From Deltaproteobacteria bacterium (lineage in GTDB: Bacteria > Desulfobacterota > Binatia > UBA12015), in NCBI GenBank assembly GCA_009885395.1, contig VFKT01000205.1, positions 1 through 37,719 of the forward strand: a stretch of 37,719 nucleotides of DNA, read 5' to 3'. Below the pieces are notes generated by a model. That model was not told the origin of the DNA. It saw only the letters and a program-made list of their open reading frames with translations, and searched no databases. The position numbers were made by a program, and so were the translations under genes. Of this stretch, positions 15,604 to 25,301 are shown in pieces; the stretch's first letter is position 1, and every line of letters begins with the position of its first letter.

Positions 15604-17085
15604 TCAGCCAAGACCGGGCAGATCAAGCAGACTCGCGGCGGCGCCCCTCGTCTCGACGATCAGATCCCGCACCCGTGCCCGGCGTTCCGCATAGAGCCCG
15701 ACCCATGCACTATCGGGCTCGATCCGTACGTCGATTTTCGCCGCGGTACAAATCTCCTCCACGTCCTCGCCGGTCGCGGCGAGCCTCGCCAATCGCGCCG
15801 CACCAAAAGCCGCTCCAATCCCGCCCTCGACGACGTAATCCAGCGGGCAATCGAGCGCGCTCGCGAGAATCCGCCCCCAGAAATGGCTGCGCGAACCGCC
15901 GCCAATCACAGCGATTTGCCGCAAGGGCGTGCCGGCCGCGCGCAAGGCTTCCTGGCCCTCGGCAAAGGCGAAGGCCACGCCTTCAAGTACCGCGCGCGCG
16001 AGGTCACCCCGCGAGGTCTCATGCGAGAGGCCGACAAAGCTGCCACGCAGCAGGGGGTCGTTCCACGGCGTTCGTTCGCCGGAAAGAAAGGGCAGAAAGA
16101 ACAGCCTCGGATCGCGGTCAAGAGCCTCGGCCTCGCTGAGGAGCGTCGCCACTTGAGCCCCCGTGGCGTGGCCAAGCCACTCGAGACAACTCGCCGCCGA
16201 GAGAATCACGGCCATTTGGTGCCAGCGCCCCGCAAGTCCATGGCAATAGGCGTGCACGGCACGTTCCGGACACGGTCGATGCTGCTGCGCAGCCACGAAA
16301 AGGACGCCAGACGTTCCGAGCGAAAGCAGAGCCGCACCGTCGCCGATGACGCCGGCGCCGATGGCACCGGCTGCGTTATCGCCAGCCCCGGCTGCAACCA
16401 CGATACCCGTCGGCAAACCAAGTTCCAGCGCGGCCTCGGGGCGAAGCCAACCTCGCGCTGTGTTCCCTTCGACCACCCGCGGCATCGCTGCCGGATCGAG
16501 ACCACACACCGCAAGCAACTCCCTCGACCAGGCGCGCGCCCCGGTATCGAACCACGAGGTCCCCGAAGCGTCCGAGGGCTCGGTCACAGCTTCGCCCGTC
16601 AGCACCAACCCCAACCAATCCTTCGGAAGCAGCACCCGACGCACCGCACGCCCGATCTGCAGTTCATGCCGTTGCACCCAAAGCAGCTTGGGGGCGGTAA
16701 ATCCCGGCATGACGAGATTGCCCGTGATGGCCACCGCATCCGGCCGCCGGGCGACGAGTTCCGCACATTCTGCCACGCTTCGTCCATCATTCCAAAGAAT
16801 AGCAGGACGCAGCACGCGGTCGGCCGCATCGAGCAGGACCGCGCCGTGCATCTGGCCCGCGAGGCCCAGCGCCTGCACGCCAGCAAGCCCGCCGGGCCAG
16901 CTCGAGGCGAGTTGCCCGAGAGCTGCGACCACGGCCCGCCACCAGGCGGCGGGCTCCTGCTCCGACCAGAGAGGATGCGGACGCGAGACCTCCAGGGCGG
17001 CCGTCGCTTCGCCAACGACGCGTTGCTCTGCATCGACCAACACGGCCTTCACGCCCGAGGTGCCAAGATCGATTCCGACGAACAT
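15604..17085 (-). CDS. xylB: xylulokinase (FGGY carbohydrate kinase)
   Basis: Near-collinear match to E. coli XylB from memory: MFVGIDLGTSGVK, SRPHPLWSEQEP, GLAGQMHGAVLLD, VLRPAILWNDGR, ITGNLVMPGFTAPKLLWVQRHE, LLPKDWL, GAGDNAAGAIGAG, LSLGTSGV, FLPFLSGERTP, AVLEGVAF. ATG 17085 has GGAGCGAGGG upstream. An alternative start is ATG 17097. Confidence 0.95.
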   Translation of the reverse strand: MFVGIDLGTSGVKAVLVDAEQRVVGEATAALEVSRPHPLWSEQEPAAWWRAVVAALGQLASSWPGGLAGVQALGLAGQMHGAVLLDAADRVLRPAILWNDGRSVAECAELVARRPDAVAITGNLVMPGFTAPKLLWVQRHELQIGRAVRRVLLPKDWLGLVLTGEAVTEPSDASGTSWFDTGARAWSRELLAVCGLDPAAMPRVVEGNTARGWLRPEAALELGLPTGIVVAAGAGDNAAGAIGAGVIGDGAALLSLGTSGVLFVAAQQHRPCPERAVHAYCHGLAGRWHQMAVILSAASCLEWLGHATGAQVATLLSEAEALDRDPRLFFLPFLSGERTPWNDPLLRGSFVGLSHETSRGDLARAVLEGVAFAFAEGQEALRAAGTPLRQIAVIGGGSRSHFWGRILASALDCPLDYVVEGGIGAAFGAARLARLAATGEDVEEICTAAKIDVRIEPDSAWVGLYAERRARVRDLIVETRGAAASLLDLPGLG

Positions 17086-17122
17086 CCCTCGCTCCATGCG
17101 ACACAGCTTCGGACCGGGCCCG

Positions 17123-17866
17123 TTAGCCAACGAGTCTCAACACGGCATCGACCGCCACTACCGTCGAACTCAGTCCCAGCAAGAGCAGAACCAGAACCCG
17201 AAAGCTCGCCGGGTCGAGGCGCGGCACCAGCCGATGCCCCAGCCAATTGCCGGCGAGCAGCATGGGCAGCGCCACGGCAGCCCTCTCCAAGGCTGGACGG
17301 TCGAGCACGCCCGCAACAGAAAAGGCAGTCAAGGAGAAAACTCCGTTGAGTAGAAAAAAGGTCGAAATCGCCGCCCGGAAGCGCGAAGTGGTGATTCCGG
17401 CTGCCTGCAGATGAAGCACGATCGGTGGTCCGTTGAGGCCGCAGGCGGTCGACAAAACTCCCGACACAAACCCCGCCAGCAGACTGCTGCGCCGTCGATG
17501 TTGCCAGCGGGCACCAAACGCGATCGCCAACGCCATCGAGACGGCGACCACGCCAACCAGCAGGCGCAGCGTGTCCGGGGGGAAGCCGAGCAGGATCTTC
17601 AGCCCAAACGGCATGCCGAGCACGCTGCCGGCGAGCAGCAATAGGACCAGCTTCCATGGCACGTCGCGCACCGACCCCGCCGCCACCATCGCGGCATTGC
17701 TCACGCCGAGAATCGCACAGGTTGCGATCGCCTCGATCGGGGACAGCACCAGCGAGAGGAGTGGCACCGCAAGCAACGCAAATCCGAAACCGGCGACGGT
17801 CTGGACCGTGCCGGCCACGAGCGTCACGCCGCTGACCATCGTCAAGAGGAGAAGGCCCGTCATCAC
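17123..17866 (-). CDS. TauE/SafE (DUF81) family anion permease (second copy)
   Basis: 247 aa, polytopic. VAGFGFALLAVPLL and a C-terminal repeat half. Start at GTG 17866 or the adjacent ATG 17863. TAA at 17123-17125, 37 nt upstream of xylB. Confidence 0.85.
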   Translation of the reverse strand: MMTGLLLLTMVSGVTLVAGTVQTVAGFGFALLAVPLLSLVLSPIEAIATCAILGVSNAAMVAAGSVRDVPWKLVLLLLAGSVLGMPFGLKILLGFPPDTLRLLVGVVAVSMALAIAFGARWQHRRRSSLLAGFVSGVLSTACGLNGPPIVLHLQAAGITTSRFRAAISTFFLLNGVFSLTAFSVAGVLDRPALERAAVALPMLLAGNWLGHRLVPRLDPASFRVLVLLLLGLSSTVVAVDAVLRLVG

Positions 17867-18042
17867 AGCGCACGTTAGCAGGCGACGCCGCCTGGCGTCG
17901 GTCGATCAGCCACGCACGATCCCCATCAGGCGCGGCCTCTCCCCCCAAAATCGCTGCCCTCAACAGGATCCTCTCGCGTCCGCCGCCACCTTCCGCAGCG
18001 GCCCCGCGTTGCTCGGCTCCGACAGTCCGCTAACCGGGCAGT

Positions 18043-18918
18043 GTGACCCGTTGGGCAATCGGAGACGTTCAGGGCTGCTGGAAGACGCTTGAGGCGCTGC
18101 TCAAGCAGATCGGCTTCCCCGAGTCGGGCGACCATCTCTGGTTTACCGGCGATCTCGTCAACCGCGGCCCGGCCTCACTCGAAGTCCTGCGTTGGGCCCG
18201 AGCCTGGGAACACCGCATCACTGCCGTGTTGGGCAACCACGATCTGCATCTGATTGCGCTCCATCTCGGGATCTCGAAGAAGACCCGACGCGACACCTTG
18301 GACCAGGTGCTTGAAGCGCACGACGCCGATGATCTCATCGCCTGGTTACGCACGCTGCCGCTGGTGCACCGGGAGGGCAATCATATGCTCGTCCACGCCG
18401 GGCTATTGCCCGCCTGGACGGAGGATGAGACCCTTGAGCGGGGAGCCCGCATCTCGGAAGCCCTGCGCAATGGCCGCGCCAGTGATCTCATCCACGTGCT
18501 GCGCCATGAACCGGGGCATATAGACCCCGAGGTCGTCGCGCGGGCCCACGACGCCGCGATCTTGACGCGACTCCGCGTCTGCACGCCCGAGGGCTTGCCG
18601 GCGCTGAAGTTCAAGGATTCGCCGAGACAATCCCCGCCTGGCCATCAGGCGTGGTTCAACCATCCGCACCGCCGCCATCCGAGCACCCGTATTCTATTTG
18701 GACACTGGGCGAGATTATTGGGAGAGCCGGCCCTCTCCTGCGAGGGCGTCACCCCGCGTTCGAAACATACGGCCAAAGTGCGCGAGGACTGCCTCCGGCG
18801 GAACGTCATCCCGCTGGATTCAGGCTGCGTCTGGGGACATTCGCTGACGGCCTACCGCCTCGAGGACGGCTGTTTCGTCGAGCAGGAGTCGTGCGATCCA
18901 GCCCGGAAGCTCGGCTGA
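18043..18918 (+). CDS. apaH: symmetrical bis(5'-nucleosyl)-tetraphosphatase
   Basis: WAIGDVQGC, WFTGDLVNRGP, VLGNHDLHL, LVHAGL, FGHW and LDSGCVWG are metallophosphoesterase/ApaH motifs in the correct order. GTG start at 18043. Confidence 0.9.
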   Translation: MTRWAIGDVQGCWKTLEALLKQIGFPESGDHLWFTGDLVNRGPASLEVLRWARAWEHRITAVLGNHDLHLIALHLGISKKTRRDTLDQVLEAHDADDLIAWLRTLPLVHREGNHMLVHAGLLPAWTEDETLERGARISEALRNGRASDLIHVLRHEPGHIDPEVVARAHDAAILTRLRVCTPEGLPALKFKDSPRQSPPGHQAWFNHPHRRHPSTRILFGHWARLLGEPALSCEGVTPRSKHTAKVREDCLRRNVIPLDSGCVWGHSLTAYRLEDGCFVEQESCDPARKLG

Positions 18919-18965
18919 GCGATCAAAAGCAGTTCCTGCGCTGCGGCCCCCGACCGCAAATGCGT

Positions 18966-19424
18966 TCAGCCGCCGAGCAACTCCTCGACAATCCGCTTGA
19001 CAGCCCCCGCATCGGCGAGGCCCTTATGCGTCCGCATCAGATCGCCAACCACTTTTCCAGCCTGTTTCGGGTCGGTCACGGCGAGGGCTGCAAGCCGCTC
19101 AACAACCAGAACACGCAGTTCGTCGTCGCCAAGGCGTGTCGGCAGGAAGCCCTCGCAGAAATCGACCTCGAAGCGTGCCACCTCGAGCGCCTGTGCGCCG
19201 CGTGCGCCGGCCTTCTCAAGTTCCGGCACCGCCTTCTGCATCTGTCGGCGATAGGCGTCGATTACCCGGACCAGGAGCGCATCGTCGACCGGCCCCGAGA
19301 ACCCCTTCGCCGTGACCGCCTCCGCCAGACGCGATTTCAGCATCCGCACGACGTCAAGCCGACGCTGGTCGCGCGCCCGCATGGAGTCCTTCAGAATCCG
19401 GTCGAGATCGTCGGCAATCGCCAT
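18966..19424 (-). CDS. yqeY: GatB/YqeY domain-containing protein
   Basis: 152 aa. ILKDSMRARDQRRLDVVRMLKS...AYRRQM...E...FLP..L...EL and the C-terminal GKVVGDLM...G.ADG..V..IV are typical of YqeY. Confidence 0.9.
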   Translation of the reverse strand: MAIADDLDRILKDSMRARDQRRLDVVRMLKSRLAEAVTAKGFSGPVDDALLVRVIDAYRRQMQKAVPELEKAGARGAQALEVARFEVDFCEGFLPTRLGDDELRVLVVERLAALAVTDPKQAGKVVGDLMRTHKGLADAGAVKRIVEELLGG

Positions 19425-19478
19425 CAGAGCCTCATCAACCCAACCAAGACCCGGAGTTTGGACCCCATGCGTCCGCCA

Positions 19479-20192
19479 TCATTGGCAGGGGAACGTGACC
19501 TCGGGAATCTTCTCGGGGGCCTCGGTGCGTGTCGTATTGGTGACACAGGTGCTTGCGATATTCCCAACCTCGGTGTCGTATTCGGTGTTGGTTTCGAGCC
19601 GGGTTCCGGGTTCGCCAAAATCACCGAAATCAGGGCAGCAGACTTCGAAATAGAGCCAAAACCGATTTTTCTTCACGCCTTCGACCACCTGCCCGCTGGG
19701 CAGAACGATCGTCGTACCACTGGTCACGCTATTGATCTGGTCAAGCGTGGTAAAGGTCGCCGTGACCTTGTTGCCTGGGCAGGAAGACTGTCCGACCGGA
19801 CAGGTCTTGATGTTGGGGATTCTGAAACGCGCGGTGCAGCCGTTGACGGTATTGGTCGGCGGGTGGCAGACGGGGCCCGTCTTGGTTGCGACCAGCATCT
19901 CGGTCTGACCGGTATCGACATTATCGATCCGCATCGAGATGAAATCGATGAAGCGGTTCCAGTCGCCCTTCTCGAGCATGAACCGGCCCATGGTATCGTT
20001 GGAGCCGAGCACATCGCGACAAGGACCAGTCCAGCAAAGAATCGCCCGGGGAACGATCGGTGGCGGCGGTGACACCGGCGTCCGGCTCAAGGTATGCACC
20101 GGCTCGCAGGCGGCTGCTCTTGAAGGTTGAAAGGCGACCCCGGCCAGGGTGGCCAACAAGATGGCGGTCATGGATGCGGCTCTGGACTTCAT
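19479..20192 (-). CDS. secreted cysteine-rich hypothetical protein
   Basis: GGAGG lies 7-8 nt before ATG 20192. Signal peptide MKSRAASMTAILLATLAGVAFQPSRAAAC. There are 11 Cys. The protein is T/N/V-rich and resembles no family I know. GC is visibly lower than in the neighbours (98/180 = 54% over 19561-19740 by hand count). Confidence 0.7.
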   Translation of the reverse strand: MKSRAASMTAILLATLAGVAFQPSRAAACEPVHTLSRTPVSPPPPIVPRAILCWTGPCRDVLGSNDTMGRFMLEKGDWNRFIDFISMRIDNVDTGQTEMLVATKTGPVCHPPTNTVNGCTARFRIPNIKTCPVGQSSCPGNKVTATFTTLDQINSVTSGTTIVLPSGQVVEGVKKNRFWLYFEVCCPDFGDFGEPGTRLETNTEYDTEVGNIASTCVTNTTRTEAPEKIPEVTFPCQ

Positions 20193-20243
20193 GGGGACCT
20201 CCGGAGAGAAAACAGGATACGGCTCAAATGCCGCTCCATTCAT

Positions 20244-22046
20244 ATGAAAAGCATCGCACAAAGCCAAGCCCTTTTCAGATGCGAGGCGGCAAGCGGTCCC
20301 GGCGAGGGTCCGACCGGGCTGTCGCTGGCCCGGGGAATTCTCCCGGGTGTGGGCTCGCTGTCGGCGACCCGGGGCCTTGTTGCGGGGCTGGTCTGGCTTG
20401 CCCTGGCTGGGGGGATCGCGGTCCCGGTCCTCGCCGACGGGGTCGCCACGGGCACAATCCCGGGCCACGCTGGGCATGCGGGCGGGGGCGGGAGCACCTG
20501 CGGCGGGCATGAGCCGACTGCGCTCGCCATGCGGATTCCCGCTGATCTCCTTGAGCGTCCGGCCCTGCTCGCTCCGGGAAGCGGCGCCGAGGGCATCGCC
20601 CAAACGATTGCCGGCGACGACGGTACGGCCTCGGATTTCCAGCGACAGGGCCTCGCCCACCTGCACGCCTACCGCTGGATCGAGGCCGCCCGCTCCTTTC
20701 ATGAAGCCGCGCGACGGGCCCCCGAAAGTCCGCTGCCCTGGGTCGGGCTGGCACGCGTCCACGACGCCTTGCGCGATGGCCCCGCTGCCCGCGCACACCT
20801 CGCTTCGGCCCGCCGACGGCTCAGCGGGCCGAAGCCAGAACGATCTGTCGAAGGGAAGACCGCTGGCAAGATCGCGGACAGCGGCCGGCAGCCGACGGGG
20901 GATGCCGCCCATCTGGCGGCCATCGAGGCTAGGCTTGACGCCACCACGGCGAACCCCAAAGACGTCGCGGCACAGCACCAGCGCTTGCGCGACTCGCTTG
21001 CCGAATTGGCGGCGGCGAATCCCGCCGACGTAGAACTATTGGTTCTACAAGGGCAAGCCGAAGAGCCCGGGCCCTGGGGCAAGGGCCAGGCCGGCGGCGA
21101 GGCCGCACTCGTCTTCTATCGGCGAGCCCTCGCGCTGGCTCCCGACCATCCGGGCGTGCACCATTATCTCGCGCACACCCTCGAGAATCTCGGCCGCCAT
21201 GCGGAAGCCCTGCGCCACGCCGCGCGCTTCGCCGCGCTGGCGCCTCGTGCGCCACACGCCCGCCATATGCACGCCCACCTGCTGCCGCGTTCGGGCGATT
21301 GGGCTGCCGCGATCGCCGAGCTGGAAGCCGCCGATGCACTCGAACGCGAGTGGTACAGCCGCGAATCCATCGCGCCCGCCGACGACTGGCATCGTGTTCA
21401 TAACCTCACGCTGCTCGGCCTCGCCCACCTGCGGGCCGGCCAGATGGATCAGGCAGAATCCCGATTGCGCGAGGCCTTCGAGACCCCGATTCCCGACCCG
21501 TTGGCACGGGCCTGGCACGGCACCTGGGTTGAATTTTTGATGGTTACGGGCAAGCCAAAAGCAGCGCGCGCAGCGGCAGAAGAGTTCGCCGGACGCGACG
21601 ATCCGCTCTCGGCCGTGGTCGGCTCTGCACTCTCTGCCGAGGCCTTGCTCGAGCTGCAGGGCGTCGAGGCAGCCGAGTTACAACTAAAAATAGCTGAAAC
21701 GGCTCTTGCCCGTCTGCATACACTATCCGCCGAAGAGCCGATGCGCGATGCGATCCGGGCGGTGGCCGACGACCATCTGATTTTCGCCGAAACCCGGATC
21801 GCGCTTCGCGCCGGGCGCCCGGATGCGAGAGCCCGGGCGCTCGAAATCGCCACCGCGCTGGCTGCTAATCCAACATTTGACGGCTGGGGAGCAAGCTGGC
21901 TCCGGCTGAAGCGGCTCGAAAGCGATGCCGGGCTGGCCGGCCAGCCCGAACTCGCCGCCCAGCTGAGGGCGATGCTCGGCGCAGCCGCGACCGTGCAGCC
22001 CGGCTCCAAGTCCGTTAGCCGCAGCGCAGCTCACCATGCGCCGTGA
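20244..22046 (+). CDS. membrane-anchored TPR-repeat protein
   Basis: ATG 20244. TM/signal-anchor [20 protein letters not shown], then a His/Gly-rich [17 protein letters not shown]. Multiple TPR-like helical pairs follow (e.g. [47 protein letters not shown]). The start is uncertain, because the ORF is open from 20127. Confidence 0.7.
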   Translation: MKSIAQSQALFRCEAASGPGEGPTGLSLARGILPGVGSLSATRGLVAGLVWLALAGGIAVPVLADGVATGTIPGHAGHAGGGGSTCGGHEPTALAMRIPADLLERPALLAPGSGAEGIAQTIAGDDGTASDFQRQGLAHLHAYRWIEAARSFHEAARRAPESPLPWVGLARVHDALRDGPAARAHLASARRRLSGPKPERSVEGKTAGKIADSGRQPTGDAAHLAAIEARLDATTANPKDVAAQHQRLRDSLAELAAANPADVELLVLQGQAEEPGPWGKGQAGGEAALVFYRRALALAPDHPGVHHYLAHTLENLGRHAEALRHAARFAALAPRAPHARHMHAHLLPRSGDWAAAIAELEAADALEREWYSRESIAPADDWHRVHNLTLLGLAHLRAGQMDQAESRLREAFETPIPDPLARAWHGTWVEFLMVTGKPKAARAAAEEFAGRDDPLSAVVGSALSAEALLELQGVEAAELQLKIAETALARLHTLSAEEPMRDAIRAVADDHLIFAETRIALRAGRPDARARALEIATALAANPTFDGWGASWLRLKRLESDAGLAGQPELAAQLRAMLGAAATVQPGSKSVSRSAAHHAP

Positions 22047-22752
22047 TTCCCGACCGCTCAGCCTGAAGAGGTGGATGGACCGCTTCAGCGTCGCCTGGTG
22101 CCGCCGCTTCCTGCTCCCTCAATTTGACGCGATCGGGGTGGCACCGGACTTCCGAAATCCCCGCCATATCGAGATCGTCGGTGGCCATATCCGGGTCGGC
22201 GATTATTTTCATTGCATGGCAACCAGCGATGGCCGGGTACGCCTCGTCACCTGGCCCGAGACCGAAGGTCGGATCGATATCGGCAACTACGTCGCGATCT
22301 CGCCGGGAGTGCGCATCAAAAGCGCCACCTCGGTCACCATCGGCGACGGCTGCATCATCGCCGAGAACGCCTATATCACCGACGCCGATTGGCACGGCAT
22401 TTACGGCCGAATCTATCCCCCCGGCGACAGCTCCCCGGTGGTGCTCGAAGACGATGTGTGGATCAGCGACCGGGCGACGATTCTGAAAGGCGTGCGGATC
22501 GGGCGACGCTCCATCGTCGCGGCCGGGGCGGTAGTGACCAAAGATGTCGAACCCTTCACTGTCGTCGCGGGAATGCCAGCCCGGGTGGTGCGAAAGCTCG
22601 ACCCCGACGGCCCCTGGGTCACGCGGCGCGATATGTTCACCGGCGGCGGCGACCACCACGCGCTGGAGGAACAGCTCGCCCGGAAGTATCTCGGCTCGAA
22701 CACCTGGCGTGGCTTCCTGCGCAGTCTGTTGCGGCCCGGTTCACGGGATTGA
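22036..22752 (+). CDS. hexapeptide-repeat (left-handed beta-helix) acyl/acetyltransferase
   Basis: [35 protein letters not shown] and [50 protein letters not shown] are typical LbH transferase repeats. ATG 22036 overlaps the TPR gene's end by 11 nt. Confidence 0.85.
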   Translation: MRRDSRPLSLKRWMDRFSVAWCRRFLLPQFDAIGVAPDFRNPRHIEIVGGHIRVGDYFHCMATSDGRVRLVTWPETEGRIDIGNYVAISPGVRIKSATSVTIGDGCIIAENAYITDADWHGIYGRIYPPGDSSPVVLEDDVWISDRATILKGVRIGRRSIVAAGAVVTKDVEPFTVVAGMPARVVRKLDPDGPWVTRRDMFTGGGDHHALEEQLARKYLGSNTWRGFLRSLLRPGSRD

Positions 22753-22825
22753 CCTGCTCTCAACCTCATCCCTCGAGTGAACCGCTTGCCCGCTCATCGT
22801 CATCGCAAATGTAGGAGAACTTTCA

Positions 22826-23446
22826 GTGGATCAACGCGCACTCGATGCCGCCCGGCATTGCAAAGGTTTTCTCGACGAGGAGGAAGGCGCCCGGCTTTAC
22901 GACTTGGCTCGTACGCGCGCGCACCTCGGCCCGGTGCTCGAAATCGGCAGCTATTGCGGCAAATCCTCGTGCTGGCTGGGTGCAGGAGCCTGTGCTGGCG
23001 GCGGCGTCTTGCTCTGCCTCGACCACCATCGCGGTTCAGAGGAGCACCAACTCGGCGAAGGCTACCACGATCCCGATCTTTTCGACGACGCCGCCGGCCG
23101 TGTCGATTCGCTGCCCTTCCTGCGTCGCACGCTGCACGATGCCGGGCTCGAGGAGAGCGCAGTGCTGCTGGTGGCCCCGAGTGCCCGGGTCGCGGCTTTC
23201 TGGACGACGCCGCTTGGGCTCGTTTTTATCGATGGCGGGCATAGCCTTGCGGCCGCGCAGACCGACTACCAAGGCTTTGCCCGACACGTCGCACCGGGCG
23301 GGATCCTCGCGATCCACGACCTTTTTCCCAACCCCGAGGAGGGCGGGCAGGCACCGATCACGATCTATCGCGAGGCGCTGGCCTCGGGGCTCTTTGATGA
23401 GTTGTCGACCGTCAAGACGCTGGGGGTGCTGCGGCGACGGCGGTGA
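22826..23446 (+). CDS. class I SAM-dependent methyltransferase (Methyltransf_24/O-methyltransferase-like)
   Basis: AGGAG lies 8 nt before GTG 22826. VLEIGSYCGKSSCWL (motif I), LVFIDGGHS and GGILAIHD are present. Confidence 0.8.
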   Translation: MDQRALDAARHCKGFLDEEEGARLYDLARTRAHLGPVLEIGSYCGKSSCWLGAGACAGGGVLLCLDHHRGSEEHQLGEGYHDPDLFDDAAGRVDSLPFLRRTLHDAGLEESAVLLVAPSARVAAFWTTPLGLVFIDGGHSLAAAQTDYQGFARHVAPGGILAIHDLFPNPEEGGQAPITIYREALASGLFDELSTVKTLGVLRRRR

Positions 23447-23578
23447 TGCCGTCGCGCGCCCGAAGGCGGTCCTGATTCGCTCGTTTGCGGACGCACCAAG
23501 CCGATCGGATTGCAGACGCCGGACCTGAAGGTGGAGACACTGGCCGTGATCAGCCCGTCGGTCGCCTCGCCGCCGCCC

Positions 23579-24085
23579 TCATACGGAACCCGGCTCGGTG
23601 GGACAGTAGATGATCCAGGTCAGATAGCTGTCGTTTCCGCTCATGCCTCCGTCGTGGGCGAAAACCAACCGGCCTTGTCCCTTGTAGGTGGCCTGGGTGC
23701 GCACCCGGTCACTGCCAAAGTAGAAGGGGATGAAGGCTTTGCCACTGATGTAGGCACTCTCGTCACCCGGCTTGCCGATCAGAGCATCAACCTGCTTCCG
23801 CGACATTCCAATCTTGAGTTTGGAAAACTTCGCTCCGGGAAAGGGCTTGCCAGTAACCTCCCCCTCCCAATCGTTGATGCCCTGCACCGTCTTCCCCTGG
23901 CCGGTCCCGATCAATTCGGAGTTGGTCACGACGCCCTGCGCGGTCATGCCCGGACCGGCCCCCGTCGATGCGGCCCCGCTCGCGGCAGTATTTGACGTGG
24001 CGGAGCCACCGCGCGTCGCGCTGCAGCCGGCGAGCACCGCCACCAGCAGCGTTCCACCGAACATCCATCTCGTTTTCTGGTCCAT
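23579..24085 (-). CDS. lipoprotein with BamE/SmpA-OmlA-like domain
   Basis: AGGGGGA lies before ATG 24085. Lipobox LLVAVLAGC. The C-terminal FSKLKIGMSRKQVDALIGKPGDE...GRLVFAHDG resembles the SmpA/OmlA fold motif. Confidence 0.75.
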   Translation of the reverse strand: MDQKTRWMFGGTLLVAVLAGCSATRGGSATSNTAASGAASTGAGPGMTAQGVVTNSELIGTGQGKTVQGINDWEGEVTGKPFPGAKFSKLKIGMSRKQVDALIGKPGDESAYISGKAFIPFYFGSDRVRTQATYKGQGRLVFAHDGGMSGNDSYLTWIIYCPTEPGSV

Positions 24086-24389
24086 GACATCCCCCTTGAT
24101 CACGCTGAGGCTCCCGGAACTCGCGAATCTCCCGTCCGGACCAGCGATCCTGCCTACGCCTCGCCGTTGATTCAAGGACCTCTCGCCAATTTGCGGAGAG
24201 TGCCGGCCGGGATGATCGCCGAGGCTCCCGGGCTCGGGCCGCTCACAGGGGCAGAGAACGCAGCCGCATCGCCCCTTCCAACCCGCTAAACAGACCCCGG
24301 CGGGCTGATCGACGCGGGTCTTCCGGAAACGGCCTGCCGCATCTGCCTGACGAACCCGCGGAACGGAGCCGGGGAGTGGCGGGGCCCGG

Positions 24390-25301
24390 TCAAGCCGGGC
24401 GCGTCGGCATCCGGGCGACCAGTGCGTCGAAAAAAGTATCCTCGTCGTAGAGAGCCTGGACCGCCTCAAGCCGGGCGAACTCCTCCCGCAGCGGTGGCAG
24501 CGGCCAGATCGATTCGCCCGACAAAAGAAGTTTCGCGAAATCGTATTCGCCGACGAGCAACTCGACGAGTTCGGCCAGCGTCCGGCCAAGGCGCCGCAAC
24601 CCAGACGGCCAGATTTCGCAGACCAGGTAGTCGATTTCGGGCAGGCTGGCGCGTGCTCCAAGCAAGACATCGACCTCCGCCCCCTGGGTATCGAGCTTCG
24701 CCACGACGGGTCTTGCGAATCCGCGCAAATCAAGCACTTTATCAAGCTGTCGGGCCGTGACTAGGACCTGCCGGCGTGACCCGATGGCGCCGCCTTCCCG
24801 ATGTTCGCCTGCTGCTGCAACAGCGCCCCCGCTGGTCCCCGATCCGGCCCGTGACAGCCGTTGGTCACCATGGTTCTTTGGATCGCGGGCCAGAGGCAGC
24901 CGACCTTCTTCCGACCAGAGGGCAAGAGCGTGCACCTCGACCCGCTCGCCAAGCCCATGCAACGCGATATTCCGCCGCAACAATTCGGCATTGCGCGGAT
25001 CGGGCTCAAAGGCGATTGTGCGCACCGGACGGGCTCGCGTCACCGGAACCGAAACCAGGCCGATATTCGCGCCGACGTCAAGCAATGTCCCTCCTTGACG
25101 CAGCAGGTCATCGACCAGCAAAGCGTGCAGATCGGGCGACCAGGTCCCGGTACGTCGATACGTGCCATGGACAACGACGTCACTCGCCGCACCGACGAAG
25201 CTGCCAAATTCGCCCTCGGCCCGAATGATCTTTTCGCCTTCAATCTGCGCACAGGGGTCCACCGCGGAAAGGGAAGCGCGCCGGGTGAAGGATTGCCACA
25301 A
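24390..25301 (-). CDS. FkbM family methyltransferase
   Basis: LLDVGANIGLVS, AFEPDPRNAELLRRNI and VAKLDTQGAEVDVL are FkbM signatures. There is no internal ATG, so the start must be TTG 25301 or GTG 25262 (uncertain). A low-complexity Gly/Ser/Ala insertion is present. Confidence 0.8.
   Translation of the reverse strand: MWQSFTRRASLSAVDPCAQIEGEKIIRAEGEFGSFVGAASDVVVHGTYRRTGTWSPDLHALLVDDLLRQGGTLLDVGANIGLVSVPVTRARPVRTIAFEPDPRNAELLRRNIALHGLGERVEVHALALWSEEGRLPLARDPKNHGDQRLSRAGSGTSGGAVAAAGEHREGGAIGSRRQVLVTARQLDKVLDLRGFARPVVAKLDTQGAEVDVLLGARASLPEIDYLVCEIWPSGLRRLGRTLAELVELLVGEYDFAKLLLSGESIWPLPPLREEFARLEAVQALYDEDTFFDALVARMPTRPA

Noticed and set aside
18043-18918. ApaH motif I reads GDVQGC instead of GDVHGC (a possibly inactive enzyme)
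   Set aside because: As far as I recall, the Gln variant (GD[LI]QGC) is common in bona fide ApaH proteins. All other metallophosphoesterase motifs are intact.
1758-20072. Numerous long shadow ORFs (e.g. 1758..2939+, 4400..5656+, 7445..8749+, 10931..12253-, 15883..17349+, 18651..20072+)
   Set aside because: They are typical high-GC antisense or out-of-frame ORFs. They are dominated by R/P/G/A, have no motifs, and each fully overlaps a gene with clear family signatures.
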